A DNA stretch of 64,000 nucleotides from Williopsis jadinii (taxonomy: Eukaryota), in NCBI GenBank assembly GCA_024346625.1, contig AP024667.1, positions 868,001-932,000 of the forward strand, given 5' to 3'. A program made the position numbers and the translations under genes. Below, piece after piece: positions 50,996 through 60,841 of the stretch; within the stretch, counting starts at the first letter, position 1, and every line of letters begins with the position of its first letter. Under the pieces are notes generated by a model. That model made no database searches, was not told where the DNA came from, and worked only from the letters and a program-made list of their open reading frames with translations.

Positions 50996-52912
50996 CTAAA
51001 GGATGTCTATAATGATGGCTTGAGCTCTAGAGCCCTTCAAAAGCTTTCCTGAAGGAACATCCTTCGATGAAGGCAGAACCAAAAGCCCATTGGCTCCTGC
51101 AATGCTCCCGACACAGCTGCTACGTTGGAAGCCCGTGCTATCAGCAACCAATTTGTCTCCTTGCCTAGAGATGTGAACCCTCTGGTACTCAGGACGTGGA
51201 TCCAGCTTTGCATCTTGGTTCAAAATGACATCCACTGTGGACCGAGTTGTGTTCGCAATACCACTGAACTTCATCAGCGACGGAAGCACGAAGAGGTTTG
51301 AAGTGACAGATGCCGATGCTGGGTTACCAGGAAGGGCAAAGATTGCCTTGTTCGCAAACTTGTGATCAGGTGGAAAAGTTGCAAACGTTGTCGGCTTACC
51401 AGGTTTCATCGCAACTCGACCAAAATGGATGGTACCTCCCAGATGGCGTTCGATAAACGGCTTCAAGAGGTCCGTCTCACCCATGGAAACTCCTCCTGTG
51501 GTGATGAGATAGTCCACACGTTCAAATGCACTCTCAACGGTCTCGGCCAACTTGCCTAGAGTGTCATGGGAAATACCAAAATCAACAACCTTGTAATCGT
51601 ACCCTTGGAAGAGTTGGCTTAACAGAGGTCTGTTAGTATCGTAGATCTGACCATATTTCAGCGGAACTTCCGAGCTTTGGGATAGATCAACAAGCTCATC
51701 ACCGGTACTTAACACGCCAATGACTGGTTTGGCATAAACCTCAACCTCAAGAACACCAATACTAACCAACAAGCCCATCTCTCCTCCAAGCCTGGAGATT
51801 CTCGAACCCTTTGGTAACGCCAGTGCACCCTTGGATATGTCACTTCCGAGCTTTCTGATGTTATCTCCCTCGACAACGTTCATGGCAAGGATCTTCACCT
51901 CAACTTCCTCGCCGTCTGCTGTTTCCTTGTCAACTTCAGTCTCCTCCACAGGAATCACCGCAGTGGTGCCCAAGGGGATAGGTGCACCAGTAGTGACTCG
52001 AACAACCGTACCACTCCGTATTCTTTTAGTTTCACCAGGAGCAGCGTGAGAAACAGATACAACTGGGAAAGTACCCGGACAATCAGAGTGTATCACGGCA
52101 TAGCCATCCACTATCGAAGCGTTGAAGTCGGGAACGTTTACACGAGCAAACACGTCTTGTGCGAGAACGTATCCAGTGATATCATCGTCTGTTAGTTTCT
52201 TTTTGATGACCGATGGTTTGGGTGTAAACTTGTCGATATAATCCAAGGCTTGAAGGACGGAAACCATTGGATATGGTGATTTTCTAGCTCTTTGAGAGAC
52301 TGGACCGTTGAGCGCGTTGGAAAGGAGATGGAGCTTTACGCCATGTGAGTGTTGATGAGAGTGCTCATGTGAATGACCAGAGTGCTTCACTTCTGAGCTT
52401 GGATGGTCGCTGGGCTTGTGCAGCTCCCTAGCACTATCAACACGGAGCTGGTTCAAGATATGCTTCAACTTATCAATGATAGCATCCAAGTTCTCCGTTG
52501 CTCCCTTTGGAGAGCCAGGAATTGTCACGATCAGAGTCTCGTTTAAAACACCAGCAACGGGCCTTGAGCATATGGCATAGGGAGTGATACCAAACGAGTG
52601 CGATAACATCGCATGAACAATGCCTGGGGCTTCCTTATCAAGTAGCGGCTTAACAGCTTCAGGAGTTACATCCTTCTTTGTGAAGCCAGTTCCTCCGCTC
52701 AAGACAATGAGATTGGGCGCCGTTGCGGTGTCGGCAGTAAGCCTTCTCACAAGCTCCTGAATCATCGCCTTATCATCATCAACAATATCTATAGTCGTAT
52801 TCCAGTCTCTTGACTCCAAGTAATCCGCAATAACAGGTCCAGTTCTGTCCTCAGAGGTGTGTGAGAAGCAACTGGACGACACGATCACGATGGCAGCGTT
52901 GAATTGTTCCAT
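50996..52912 (-). CDS. cnxE: Gephyrin-like molybdenum cofactor biosynthesis protein (MogA G-domain fused to MoeA E-domain)
   Basis: GGTGFTKKDVTPEA, TIPGSPKG (G domain); His-rich linker; SIVDGYAV, STGDEL, TTGGVSMGETD, MKPGKP, LPGNPAS (E domain). ATG at 52912. Confidence 0.93.
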   Translation of the reverse strand: MEQFNAAIVIVSSSCFSHTSEDRTGPVIADYLESRDWNTTIDIVDDDKAMIQELVRRLTADTATAPNLIVLSGGTGFTKKDVTPEAVKPLLDKEAPGIVHAMLSHSFGITPYAICSRPVAGVLNETLIVTIPGSPKGATENLDAIIDKLKHILNQLRVDSARELHKPSDHPSSEVKHSGHSHEHSHQHSHGVKLHLLSNALNGPVSQRARKSPYPMVSVLQALDYIDKFTPKPSVIKKKLTDDDITGYVLAQDVFARVNVPDFNASIVDGYAVIHSDCPGTFPVVSVSHAAPGETKRIRSGTVVRVTTGAPIPLGTTAVIPVEETEVDKETADGEEVEVKILAMNVVEGDNIRKLGSDISKGALALPKGSRISRLGGEMGLLVSIGVLEVEVYAKPVIGVLSTGDELVDLSQSSEVPLKYGQIYDTNRPLLSQLFQGYDYKVVDFGISHDTLGKLAETVESAFERVDYLITTGGVSMGETDLLKPFIERHLGGTIHFGRVAMKPGKPTTFATFPPDHKFANKAIFALPGNPASASVTSNLFVLPSLMKFSGIANTTRSTVDVILNQDAKLDPRPEYQRVHISRQGDKLVADSTGFQRSSCVGSIAGANGLLVLPSSKDVPSGKLLKGSRAQAIIIDIL

Positions 52913-53051
52913 TGCGGTCCTGAAGGTGTTGATAAAGGGGATTTGTTGTTCTTCTCTGTGTGATTTTTGTCTTATATACCGCACTAGGCGGACATTAAAT
53001 TGCAATGATCTACAAACTCTGTAAAAGGGCAAGATATAGAATTTTTTTGCC

Positions 53052-55108
53052 TTATTTATCTGTCAAATCAATCAACGGCTGATCGTTCTGCTGCTTATCC
53101 TCTTGCGGTTGTGGTTCGTCATCTGACAAACTCAACAGATCAGCATCTCCGTCACCATCTCCCCCCTCATCACTGCTGGAATCCATATAATCTGTATCTG
53201 AGTTCCATTCTATACTCTTATCCAATTCATCGTTATCCAATTTGAGGAATTCCAAGCTGCTATTTGGCAATTGAATTGGGGTGGAATCAAATATCGCACT
53301 TCGCTTTACAAAGACAAGAACAAGAGGATCGTTCCAGACGTTACGTGTCTTTGAATACACCACCTGTTTGATATCATCGAATTGTGTCTCATCAGTCTCA
53401 AATCTTGTATCTGGACTGTCACATGGTGTATGTTCAACGTATCTCCATTGCAATACACCATCTTCAGTCTTTGTAGCACAGCAGTAAATGTTACCACGTA
53501 ATATGACCCCTGTGAGAAGGTAAGGCTCTGGCTTCTCGTGCTTGTCATCCTCCATGTACTTCTCAATTATCGTGTCAACGTTTGTAATTGACATCGCCCG
53601 TCTTTCGTCGACCAATTGGCTACTTCTTTCAGCAAGAGACTCCTTTCTTTCTTGCACTGTGAGGCTCAGCTGTCGAACATCGTCAAGAACGTCTGCAATC
53701 TTCAGATCTTGGTATTCGCCATTTCCACTCTCATCTTGGAGAAACTCCAAGGAATGATCCAACACAGATTGGATATGCATACCTTTGTGGGTCTTGAGCT
53801 TCAACAGTTCAGAGTTGACGCTGGCTCTCTCCTTCTCCAATTCTTCGTGCTTCTTCTCAATACTTAGCACCGTGTTTTTGAAGTCATTTGTATAGATCTG
53901 AGGGTACAGCTCCTCAAACAGCTCCAAGCCGGGTGGAACAAACATATCATCTGTACATGGATCCACTGTGATCATAATTGTGTCTGCTAATGAGTTTATG
54001 CAGTCACTGGACTCGACGGAATCGTTCCATATGAGTTCGTTCAACGATTTATAAAGTGTTCTGCTCAAATCCTCAGCCTCGATATGAAACATGCCAAATG
54101 TGTAGAGCTCACCATTTCTCAAGAGCGTATTGGCGAACAAGCTCTGTGCATTTGCAACACCGGCCCATGTAAGTTGCTCAGACAGTGCCTTATACAAGAT
54201 CTCATAGGCGTCTGATAGGTTATCAACATACCCAAACTGTCCAAGTGCAGACTTTGGTAATGCCTTTATAAGACCGGCCAGCGACGTGAATGATCTATTG
54301 GCTGAATCATCCAAGAACGTAAAGATACGCTGTACCTCAGCCAAAAACCTCAAATCGTGTTTCTCACCATCAACCTCAACCTCAGTTATCTCGTCAGGTA
54401 ATTCCACAACTTCACCTTTAAACCAACGTGGGCTATAGCCAAGGTCTTTGAACTCATGGCGGAACACTGCACGCTTGATCTCAGGCACTGCGTGCAAGAT
54501 CATGAGTAAAGCAGCCAAGTAGCTTTCGTAATAGCCGTTAGACGTTGGCATTATAACCGGGACCTCATCAGCTTTGCGAGTATAGGCTCGCACGTCATCG
54601 TAAACATTGTACGGCACCCTTCCCTCAACTTCCTCGTGGGGTAGAGAAGAGTGTTCCAGATCTTCGAATACAGAAACATCGTCATCGTTTACATCGCTGT
54701 CATTGTCCCTGATATCTTCAACGTGCACAGAGGCGTGGCTCCTTGGTGGCAATGGCGGCGCTGTGTACTGCTCCTCACTGGTACTATGTTGTTGTTTGAT
54801 AATGTCGTCTATAACACCAGACTCTATTGGCGCAGATGTCACGCCCTTCGTATCACCATTCGAGCTATCACCATAGCTCTCAGCAACAGGATCAGTGTCT
54901 CTAAACAGGAAGTCAATAGCGCTGTTGATATCACCGTTTGATTGCTTTAGCGATGCTCTAAATGTTAGTAACTCCCCTTAAGCAGCGGCTCCCACCACGA
55001 CGGCGGCCCTCCGTCTCCGTCTAACATCGCACTTACACTGAGTGCCTCAATTGCCTGTTCCCTCGAGAAGCCAAACTCCACGATCTGATCGATGTCCTTC
55101 TGATTCAT
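53052..55108 (-). CDS. RUP1: UBA-domain protein Rup1 (Rsp5-Ubp2 adaptor); exons 55108-55037 and 54944-53052
   Basis: Spliced N-terminus MNQKDIDQIVEFGFSREQAIEALSQSNGDINSAIDFLF = UBA. Intron 55036-54945 GTAAGT...TACTAAC...AAG. PPPLPPR motif; near SIA1 as in S. cerevisiae. Confidence 0.75.
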
Positions 55109-55342
55109 AGTTGCTATTGGAAGGCTGAGTTTCAACAAAACACACACAGTCTGAGTTGTACTGCATCAGCCTATCAGCGTCCTTTGGCACTCTGCCCCTA
55201 TGTGGAGAGTGGTGTTCGGGTGTTTTCCACCAGTTCACTGGTAGGGGCAACACCACCCAGGGCACTTACACTTACACTCACTCAACTACAATGTTGGCTG
55301 GAATATGGGGGAAATGCATCGTTTAATGAGCGTCGAAGGTGC

Positions 55343-55912
55343 TTAGAACACATCTGGGAGTCGTTCAATTACATATGAGTGTGCGCCCACGCTCATTATT
55401 GGAACACCGGGTACCTTTCTCAAACGACGTTTGAGGTCCGCATCGTTCGTGGCCACTATGAAGCACTTGTGCTGTATGACCCTGTGGACAAGACAGTCAT
55501 CGGCATATGTACCCTTGTGTGAGCAGCTCAGTCTCTGTATACGTGGGTCCTTTGCTAATCTGAGGGCTATACGGTATTTCGGGCCCAGCTTCTCCAACTC
55601 CGCCATGACACAATCCGTTATCAGTGGGATACATTTCGCGTACAACGCGTCCATCATTCCTCTGACGAGGTCGATCTTCTTTTGGATGGAGAAATTGATG
55701 AAGTTGGTATCGATCAACACCTGGTATGGGGGTTTTATGGCCTCGTTAAACTGGAAAAACAGCGCACTCGACACCTGTGGCACGTTTCTGGTCAGCTCTG
55801 GATCATCCTTCTGGCTCTTCTGTTGTTCTTGGTTCTTCTTCAGCTGTTGGCTCTTGTTGGATATTATACGCTTGGTAGCTGCAAACTTCCGTGTCTTCTT
55901 AGCCTTTCCCAT
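55343..55912 (-). CDS. FCF1: PIN-domain rRNA processing nuclease Fcf1/Utp24
   Basis: MGKAKKTRKF; PPYQVLIDTNFINFS; HKGTYADDC; VATND. Confidence 0.96.
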   Translation of the reverse strand: MGKAKKTRKFAATKRIISNKSQQLKKNQEQQKSQKDDPELTRNVPQVSSALFFQFNEAIKPPYQVLIDTNFINFSIQKKIDLVRGMMDALYAKCIPLITDCVMAELEKLGPKYRIALRLAKDPRIQRLSCSHKGTYADDCLVHRVIQHKCFIVATNDADLKRRLRKVPGVPIMSVGAHSYVIERLPDVF

Positions 55913-55987
55913 CTCTTTGTTCTTGTTTCTCTATGCAGTTGCTATTTGGCCTTCCATAAGCTCCATTCCACCAAGAGCGAGACACTA

Positions 55988-56014
55988 TGAAAACTTTTCC
56001 TTTCATCTCATCGC
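55988..56014. promoter_or_regulatory. RRPE (TGAAAACTTT) plus PAC (CTCATCGC) ribosome-biogenesis elements upstream of FCF1
   Basis: RRPE-like at 55988-55997; exact PAC at 56007-56014. Confidence 0.7.
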
Positions 56015-56160
56015 CCATCGGTATGGACACGTTCTGCTTACGTAATTGCCAACACCGCAGGGAAAACTTTTTTTTTCGCTTTTCCAGGTTTCGTTTTTGT
56101 GGCAAGTTTATGTGTGTGTTTCTTTTTTTTGGTCTTTTCGTTTTTGTGGTTTTCACTTTT

Positions 56161-56170
56161 TAGCCGCCAA
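56161..56170. promoter_or_regulatory. URS1-like (Ume6) site TAGCCGCCAA in the FCF1/OAZ1 intergenic region
   Basis: Matches the TAGCCGCC core. Confidence 0.4.
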
Positions 56171-56303
56171 AACCACTGATTGACAAAAAAAAAGGAGAAT
56201 TCCAGAAGATTCTGAGAACTCATTGCAAAATTTGATAGATTAACTACACTTTGTTGATAATTAAAACCAAATATACTTGTCGAAACAGTACAAAACACAC
56301 ACG

Positions 56304-57015
56304 ATGAATATCTTGAAACATAAGGAGAAAAAAGTGAATAATTTGATGTTTGTACATTCACTCACGCACCATTCCGCCGGTGCTGCTGCGACTGCGCTTG
56401 TTGTTGACACCCACGACCTATCTACGTTGTCCATCAACAGCTATTACTCCACTACGTCTTGTCCAGTGCCGCAGTGGTGGGCCTGAGGTCCCTTCTGTTA
56501 AAAACCCTCAACTAGAGCGGTACCGTAACGGTGCTGTTGAGGTGTCATTGGACGTTATCCTCTTGGGTGAGAGCCAAAGGGTTTCAAAAGATGACTTGAC
56601 GAAATTGTTATCATGTTCGCATGGGATGGCCAGATTGCAACATTTGGACAGTAAACACGCATGCCGAGGGCTGCTGTATGTTGTTATACGGTCTGTTTTG
56701 TTTTCCGAGCCCATATATGGAATATTGGATAAAGATCTCAGTTTCAAGGTGTTTATCCAACAGGAATTCAAAGAGAGAAATGATCAGAATTTGAAGAATT
56801 TGTTGATGGCGTTGTTTGAATTCACGTCAGATGTGATTATACCAAATCAAGATGAAGACGTCACATTGCTGATCTACATGAAACGTGATCGGTTCGAATC
56901 AGAGTCAAAACTGTTGATAAAGAACCTTATATGGTTGGGCGGTAAACTGGTTCACGACGACTCTGACGAAACAAACAAGTATCACGATTGGTACATCATG
57001 GAGTTTGAAGTTTGA
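56304..57015 (+). CDS. OAZ1: Ornithine decarboxylase antizyme, expressed by +1 ribosomal frameshift (ORF1 56304-56483, ORF2 56485-57015)
   Basis: ORF1 ends YYSTT...QWWA-UGA. The +1 frame continues EVP...LKNLLMALFE...LIKNLIWLGGKL...WYIMEFEV (antizyme domain). Confidence 0.88.
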
Positions 57016-57121
57016 TGGAAAGGCATATCTGCTTATGGAAGTGGATGGTTCAACCCTATTGTGCGCATTTTATATAATAGTAGATATTAAATTGCAAAAC
57101 TAATACCATTTCGTGGATTCT

Positions 57122-57739
57122 TTACTTGGCACTCACGCTTTGAGCAACATCATTGGAGAGTTCCAACACTTTAGCCTTCCCATCTTTGATACTGACCTCT
57201 GGAGAGATTTGGATTCTCTTTTCAACGAGTTTACCATCTTGAAAGATCCAGTGGGAACGTTTAATCCCAGTTGGACTCTTCTTTGCTCCCAACAACCCAA
57301 TCAACTCTCTCTTTGGATCGCACAATAAGTCGTACTGCAAATGTTGCTTGACCTGAAAGTTTTTTTGAGCTTTTGGAGAGTCTGCACTAAGTCCCAACAC
57401 AAGGGCCTTATCCTTGATGGAGTTGAAGTTGTCCCTAAAGCCACAGGCCTGGCGTGTACAGCCTGGTGTGGAAGCCCTTGGGTACGCAAATATGATGATA
57501 ATCTTGTTTTCCTTTGCCAACTGCTTCAAGTTCAATTCCTCCTCGTCCTGGTTAAGCAGTGTCAGATCTGGTATTTCATCTCCAATTTCCAACTCCTTGG
57601 ATTCATCTTTGCTCTCCTTTTCCTCTGCTTTAACCCTTGGCTTTGCAGCCTTTGGTTTTGTAACCTTAGCGGTCTCGAGGGATTCAACTTTTGGTGCTTC
57701 CTTCTTCGCAACTCTTGCGGATCTTCTCAACTCAACCAT
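57122..57739 (-). CDS. DOT5: Nuclear peroxiredoxin (BCP/PrxQ) Dot5
   Basis: MVELRRSARV basic N-terminus; YPRASTPGCTRQACGFRD. Confidence 0.92.
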   Translation of the reverse strand: MVELRRSARVAKKEAPKVESLETAKVTKPKAAKPRVKAEEKESKDESKELEIGDEIPDLTLLNQDEEELNLKQLAKENKIIIIFAYPRASTPGCTRQACGFRDNFNSIKDKALVLGLSADSPKAQKNFQVKQHLQYDLLCDPKRELIGLLGAKKSPTGIKRSHWIFQDGKLVEKRIQISPEVSIKDGKAKVLELSNDVAQSVSAK

Positions 57740-58231
57740 ACTGCAGTACAATTGAATAAGTTGTATCTAAACGAGAGATTCAAATCAAGAAATATTAGGT
57801 GGATTTTTGGGGGTTGTTCTCTTTTATCAGATTTTGGTGGTGGAAATTAATGTTACAGGTCAGAACCGAAGCCACGAGGCGAGGAAGCAGTTCATATGCG
57901 TGGCGCGCGCGGTCATCAGCAAAAATCGCCAGCCAAACGCCATTCTACCGGTAATGTAATCCCAATTGGGTAATGGAAGCATCTTCTTCTTGAACAGTAG
58001 CATTACGTTACCTGTATCTTCGTATAAGCGGCCACCTGTATCGGAGAGATTATGTTGAGAGTGAAGATCTGAATCTCCTATACTAACAAGTATGGGCTCG
58101 TCTCCGCTTGGTAATATTGTTATGCGCCACAAGTCATCGCACTGGTCTAAAATTTTCTGTGGTGTAATTTTTCTTGGGCTCAAGATCAATAGATAGAAAT
58201 GACAGAGGAGAAGGAGACGAAAGGATAAGAT

Positions 58232-58803
58232 ATGGCAAAGAAAGGTAGGTATCTATGGATGTTTACCTCCTTGAGGGTATATTTACTGACGAATGTGTAG
58301 TTTCCAAGCACTCCAGAGCTGCTAGAAGAAATGAGATCCAGGAACCAGAGGCCAAGGCACTGGAAACCCTTCCTAGAGCAGAGAAGACCGACCTAACGTC
58401 TGTGATCATCAGAGCCACTGCAAAGAAGAACGAGGATCTACTCACAAGCAAGATGAATAAGAAGGAGAGAAGCAAAAACAAGGTGACAAAGAAGTCTACC
58501 CCGGTGACGAACATCAACAAGGAAAGGGTGGAAAGAGCAATCAACTTGAGCGAAAGACTCGAAGGCAAGATCTCAAAGAGCAAGCAGAGGGCAAAGATGG
58601 TGCAGACCACCAGAAAGGCCAACTGGGACGTGATCAACTCCGAGGTCAAGATCCGCACTGAAACCCTTGAAGCCGCCAGCGACGATAAGGACAGTGAGAA
58701 GCTCCAAGAGGACTCAATGGTTGATGATTTCTACGAGGTTGAGAAGCCAAAGATCCAAACCGCTAAGAACGCATTCGCGCTATTGGACGAAGTTGAGCTA
58801 TGA
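58232..58803 (+). CDS. ECM1: Pre-60S export factor Ecm1; exons 58232-58244 and 58301-58803
   Basis: Intron 58245-58300 GTAGGT...TACTGAC...TAG gives MAKKVSKHSRAARR; LPRAEKTDL; RKANWD. Adjacent to CNE1 as in S. cerevisiae. Confidence 0.88.
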
Positions 58804-59023
58804 TCTAATGAATTTTTATTCACGCAAACCTCCCCTGCACAGGTGCTTTATCATCTTTATCGGTCCGTTTCTGTAGTTTCGTAAAAATGAAAACATGGCA
58901 CACTGCACGTTTTCACTCTCCAATTTTCTGTCGTTTTTGTGTTTCTGCCGTTTTTGTGTTTTTGTCGTTTTTGTGTTTGTTTACTTTTCCGCGAACCCTT
59001 CTGCTTCCCCCTTCGTTAACCGT

Positions 59024-59031
59024 TGACGTGG
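59024..59031 (+). promoter_or_regulatory. Candidate UPR element TGACGTGG upstream of calnexin
   Basis: Hac1/XBP1-type core about 150 nt upstream of an ER chaperone ATG. Confidence 0.4.
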
Positions 59032-59176
59032 CGCTAAAGCTTTCACACACCTCTTTTTTTGGTGCCCGTTCTCCAACTTTTTTTCCTCTCTCTTTAGGTC
59101 TGTTTTGCCGTTGAGGGCTAACGTTTAGTTGAATACCTGTGCCTTTTATAGATCAATTGACATCTTCCACTGAATC

Positions 59177-60841
59177 ATGAAACTTAGTAACATTGCAATT
59201 CCAACCGCTTTGGCTATTTTGGCAAACGCTGAGAAGGCGCCGGTGTTTAAGCCATTCGATAAGTCGCAGTTGTCGAAGAGTTCGTTCTTTGAGCAGTTCG
59301 ACTCCGATGACTGGTCGCAGTTGTGGAAGATCTCAAAGGCGAAGAAGGATGACGAGTTCAGTTATACCGGTGAGTGGGCGGTTGAGGAGCACAAGATCTT
59401 CCCGGGGTTGAAAGGCGATAAAGGTTTGGTGTTGAAGACCAAAGCCGCCCACCACGCTATCCACGTTCCCTTGGAAACACCTTTTGACAACACCGACAAT
59501 ACCCTCGTTGCACAGTACGAGGTTAAGCTACAGGAGGGGTTGTCCTGTGGTGGTGCGTACGTGAAGTTGTTGAGCGCCGAAGGCGGTCCTTCAGATGACG
59601 TTGAGTTCAACAACGAATCCCCATACCAGGTTATGTTTGGTCCTGATAAGTGTGGAACTACAAACAAGGTGCACCTCATTCTGAGACGTAAGAACCCAAA
59701 TACCGGGGTCTACGAGGAGAAGCACTTGGCTGTGCCACCATTGGCTAGAACTGTCAAGACATCGACACTTTACACTTTGATTATCGAGCCAACACAGGAG
59801 TTTGAGATTAGAATCAACGGTGAAGTTGTCAAGGCTGGAAACTTGCTCGATGAAGGAGTCTTTGAGCCATCCTTTGACCCACCAAAGGAGATTCCAGATG
59901 AATCTGATGAAAAGCCAGCAGACTGGGACGACAGGGCCAAGATCCCAGACCCTGAGCAAACTGAAAAACCAGAGGACTGGGATGAGACTGCCCCATACAT
60001 GATCCCAGATCCAGAAGCAGTTAAGCCAGAATCTTGGGATGAATCCGCCGAAGAGTTTATCCCAGATCCAGAGGCTGAAAAGCCGGAGGATTGGGACGAA
60101 GAGGAAGATGGTGAATGGATTGCGCCAACCATCCCAAACCCAGAATGTGAAGCCCATGGCTGCGGCAAATGGATTGCACCAAAGATTAAAAACCCAGCTT
60201 ATAAGGGTAAGTGGACTCAGCCACTCATTGACAACCCAGATTACAAAGGTGAATGGGCTCCAAAGAACATTGCAAACCCAGATTGGTACCACGATGCTAC
60301 ACCTTCCGATTTGGAACCAATCGGTGCCATCGGATTCGAGTTGTGGTCTATGGATGCTGACATTCTCTTTGATGACATCTATTTGGGCCACAGTGTTGAA
60401 GAAGCCGAACTCATTGGTAATGATACCTGGGCAAAGAAGTTCGAATTGGAGCAAGACGCGGTCTTGGCTTATTCCGACGATAGCAAGGCCAAAGAGGAGT
60501 CTGGAGTTGAAGAAGAGGTTGTTAAAGCCACTGGTGGTGACGATGCCTTTGCTCAGCTCCAATCCTTCATTGACGATGCTCAAGAGTATCTCGATTTGTT
60601 CATGAGTGATCCAGTCAACACATTGAGTTCAAGACCTGCTGAAGCTGCTCTTTACGGTGGTCTCTCTTTCATCGTGGCTTCCATTGTCCTCTTTGTTGTT
60701 TCTTCGATCTTGAATGTGTTCACTCCAGCTCCAACCCAAGCAAAGAAGGAGAAGAAGCCAGTTGCCGAAGCTGAGGCCGAGGTTGAGGTTGAACAAGTGG
60801 AGACAAAGGAGGAAACCAAGTCCACAAGTGTCCAGGAGTAA
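59177..60841 (+). CDS. CNE1: Calnexin
   Basis: Signal peptide; [18 protein letters not shown]-domain repeats KPEDWDE and GKW..P.I.NP.Y; TM helix and acidic tail. Confidence 0.96.
   Translation: MKLSNIAIPTALAILANAEKAPVFKPFDKSQLSKSSFFEQFDSDDWSQLWKISKAKKDDEFSYTGEWAVEEHKIFPGLKGDKGLVLKTKAAHHAIHVPLETPFDNTDNTLVAQYEVKLQEGLSCGGAYVKLLSAEGGPSDDVEFNNESPYQVMFGPDKCGTTNKVHLILRRKNPNTGVYEEKHLAVPPLARTVKTSTLYTLIIEPTQEFEIRINGEVVKAGNLLDEGVFEPSFDPPKEIPDESDEKPADWDDRAKIPDPEQTEKPEDWDETAPYMIPDPEAVKPESWDESAEEFIPDPEAEKPEDWDEEEDGEWIAPTIPNPECEAHGCGKWIAPKIKNPAYKGKWTQPLIDNPDYKGEWAPKNIANPDWYHDATPSDLEPIGAIGFELWSMDADILFDDIYLGHSVEEAELIGNDTWAKKFELEQDAVLAYSDDSKAKEESGVEEEVVKATGGDDAFAQLQSFIDDAQEYLDLFMSDPVNTLSSRPAEAALYGGLSFIVASIVLFVVSSILNVFTPAPTQAKKEKKPVAEAEAEVEVEQVETKEETKSTSVQE

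Noticed and set aside
59591..60583. 330-aa antisense ORF within CNE1
   Set aside because: Shadow of a biased, repetitive coding strand; no motifs.
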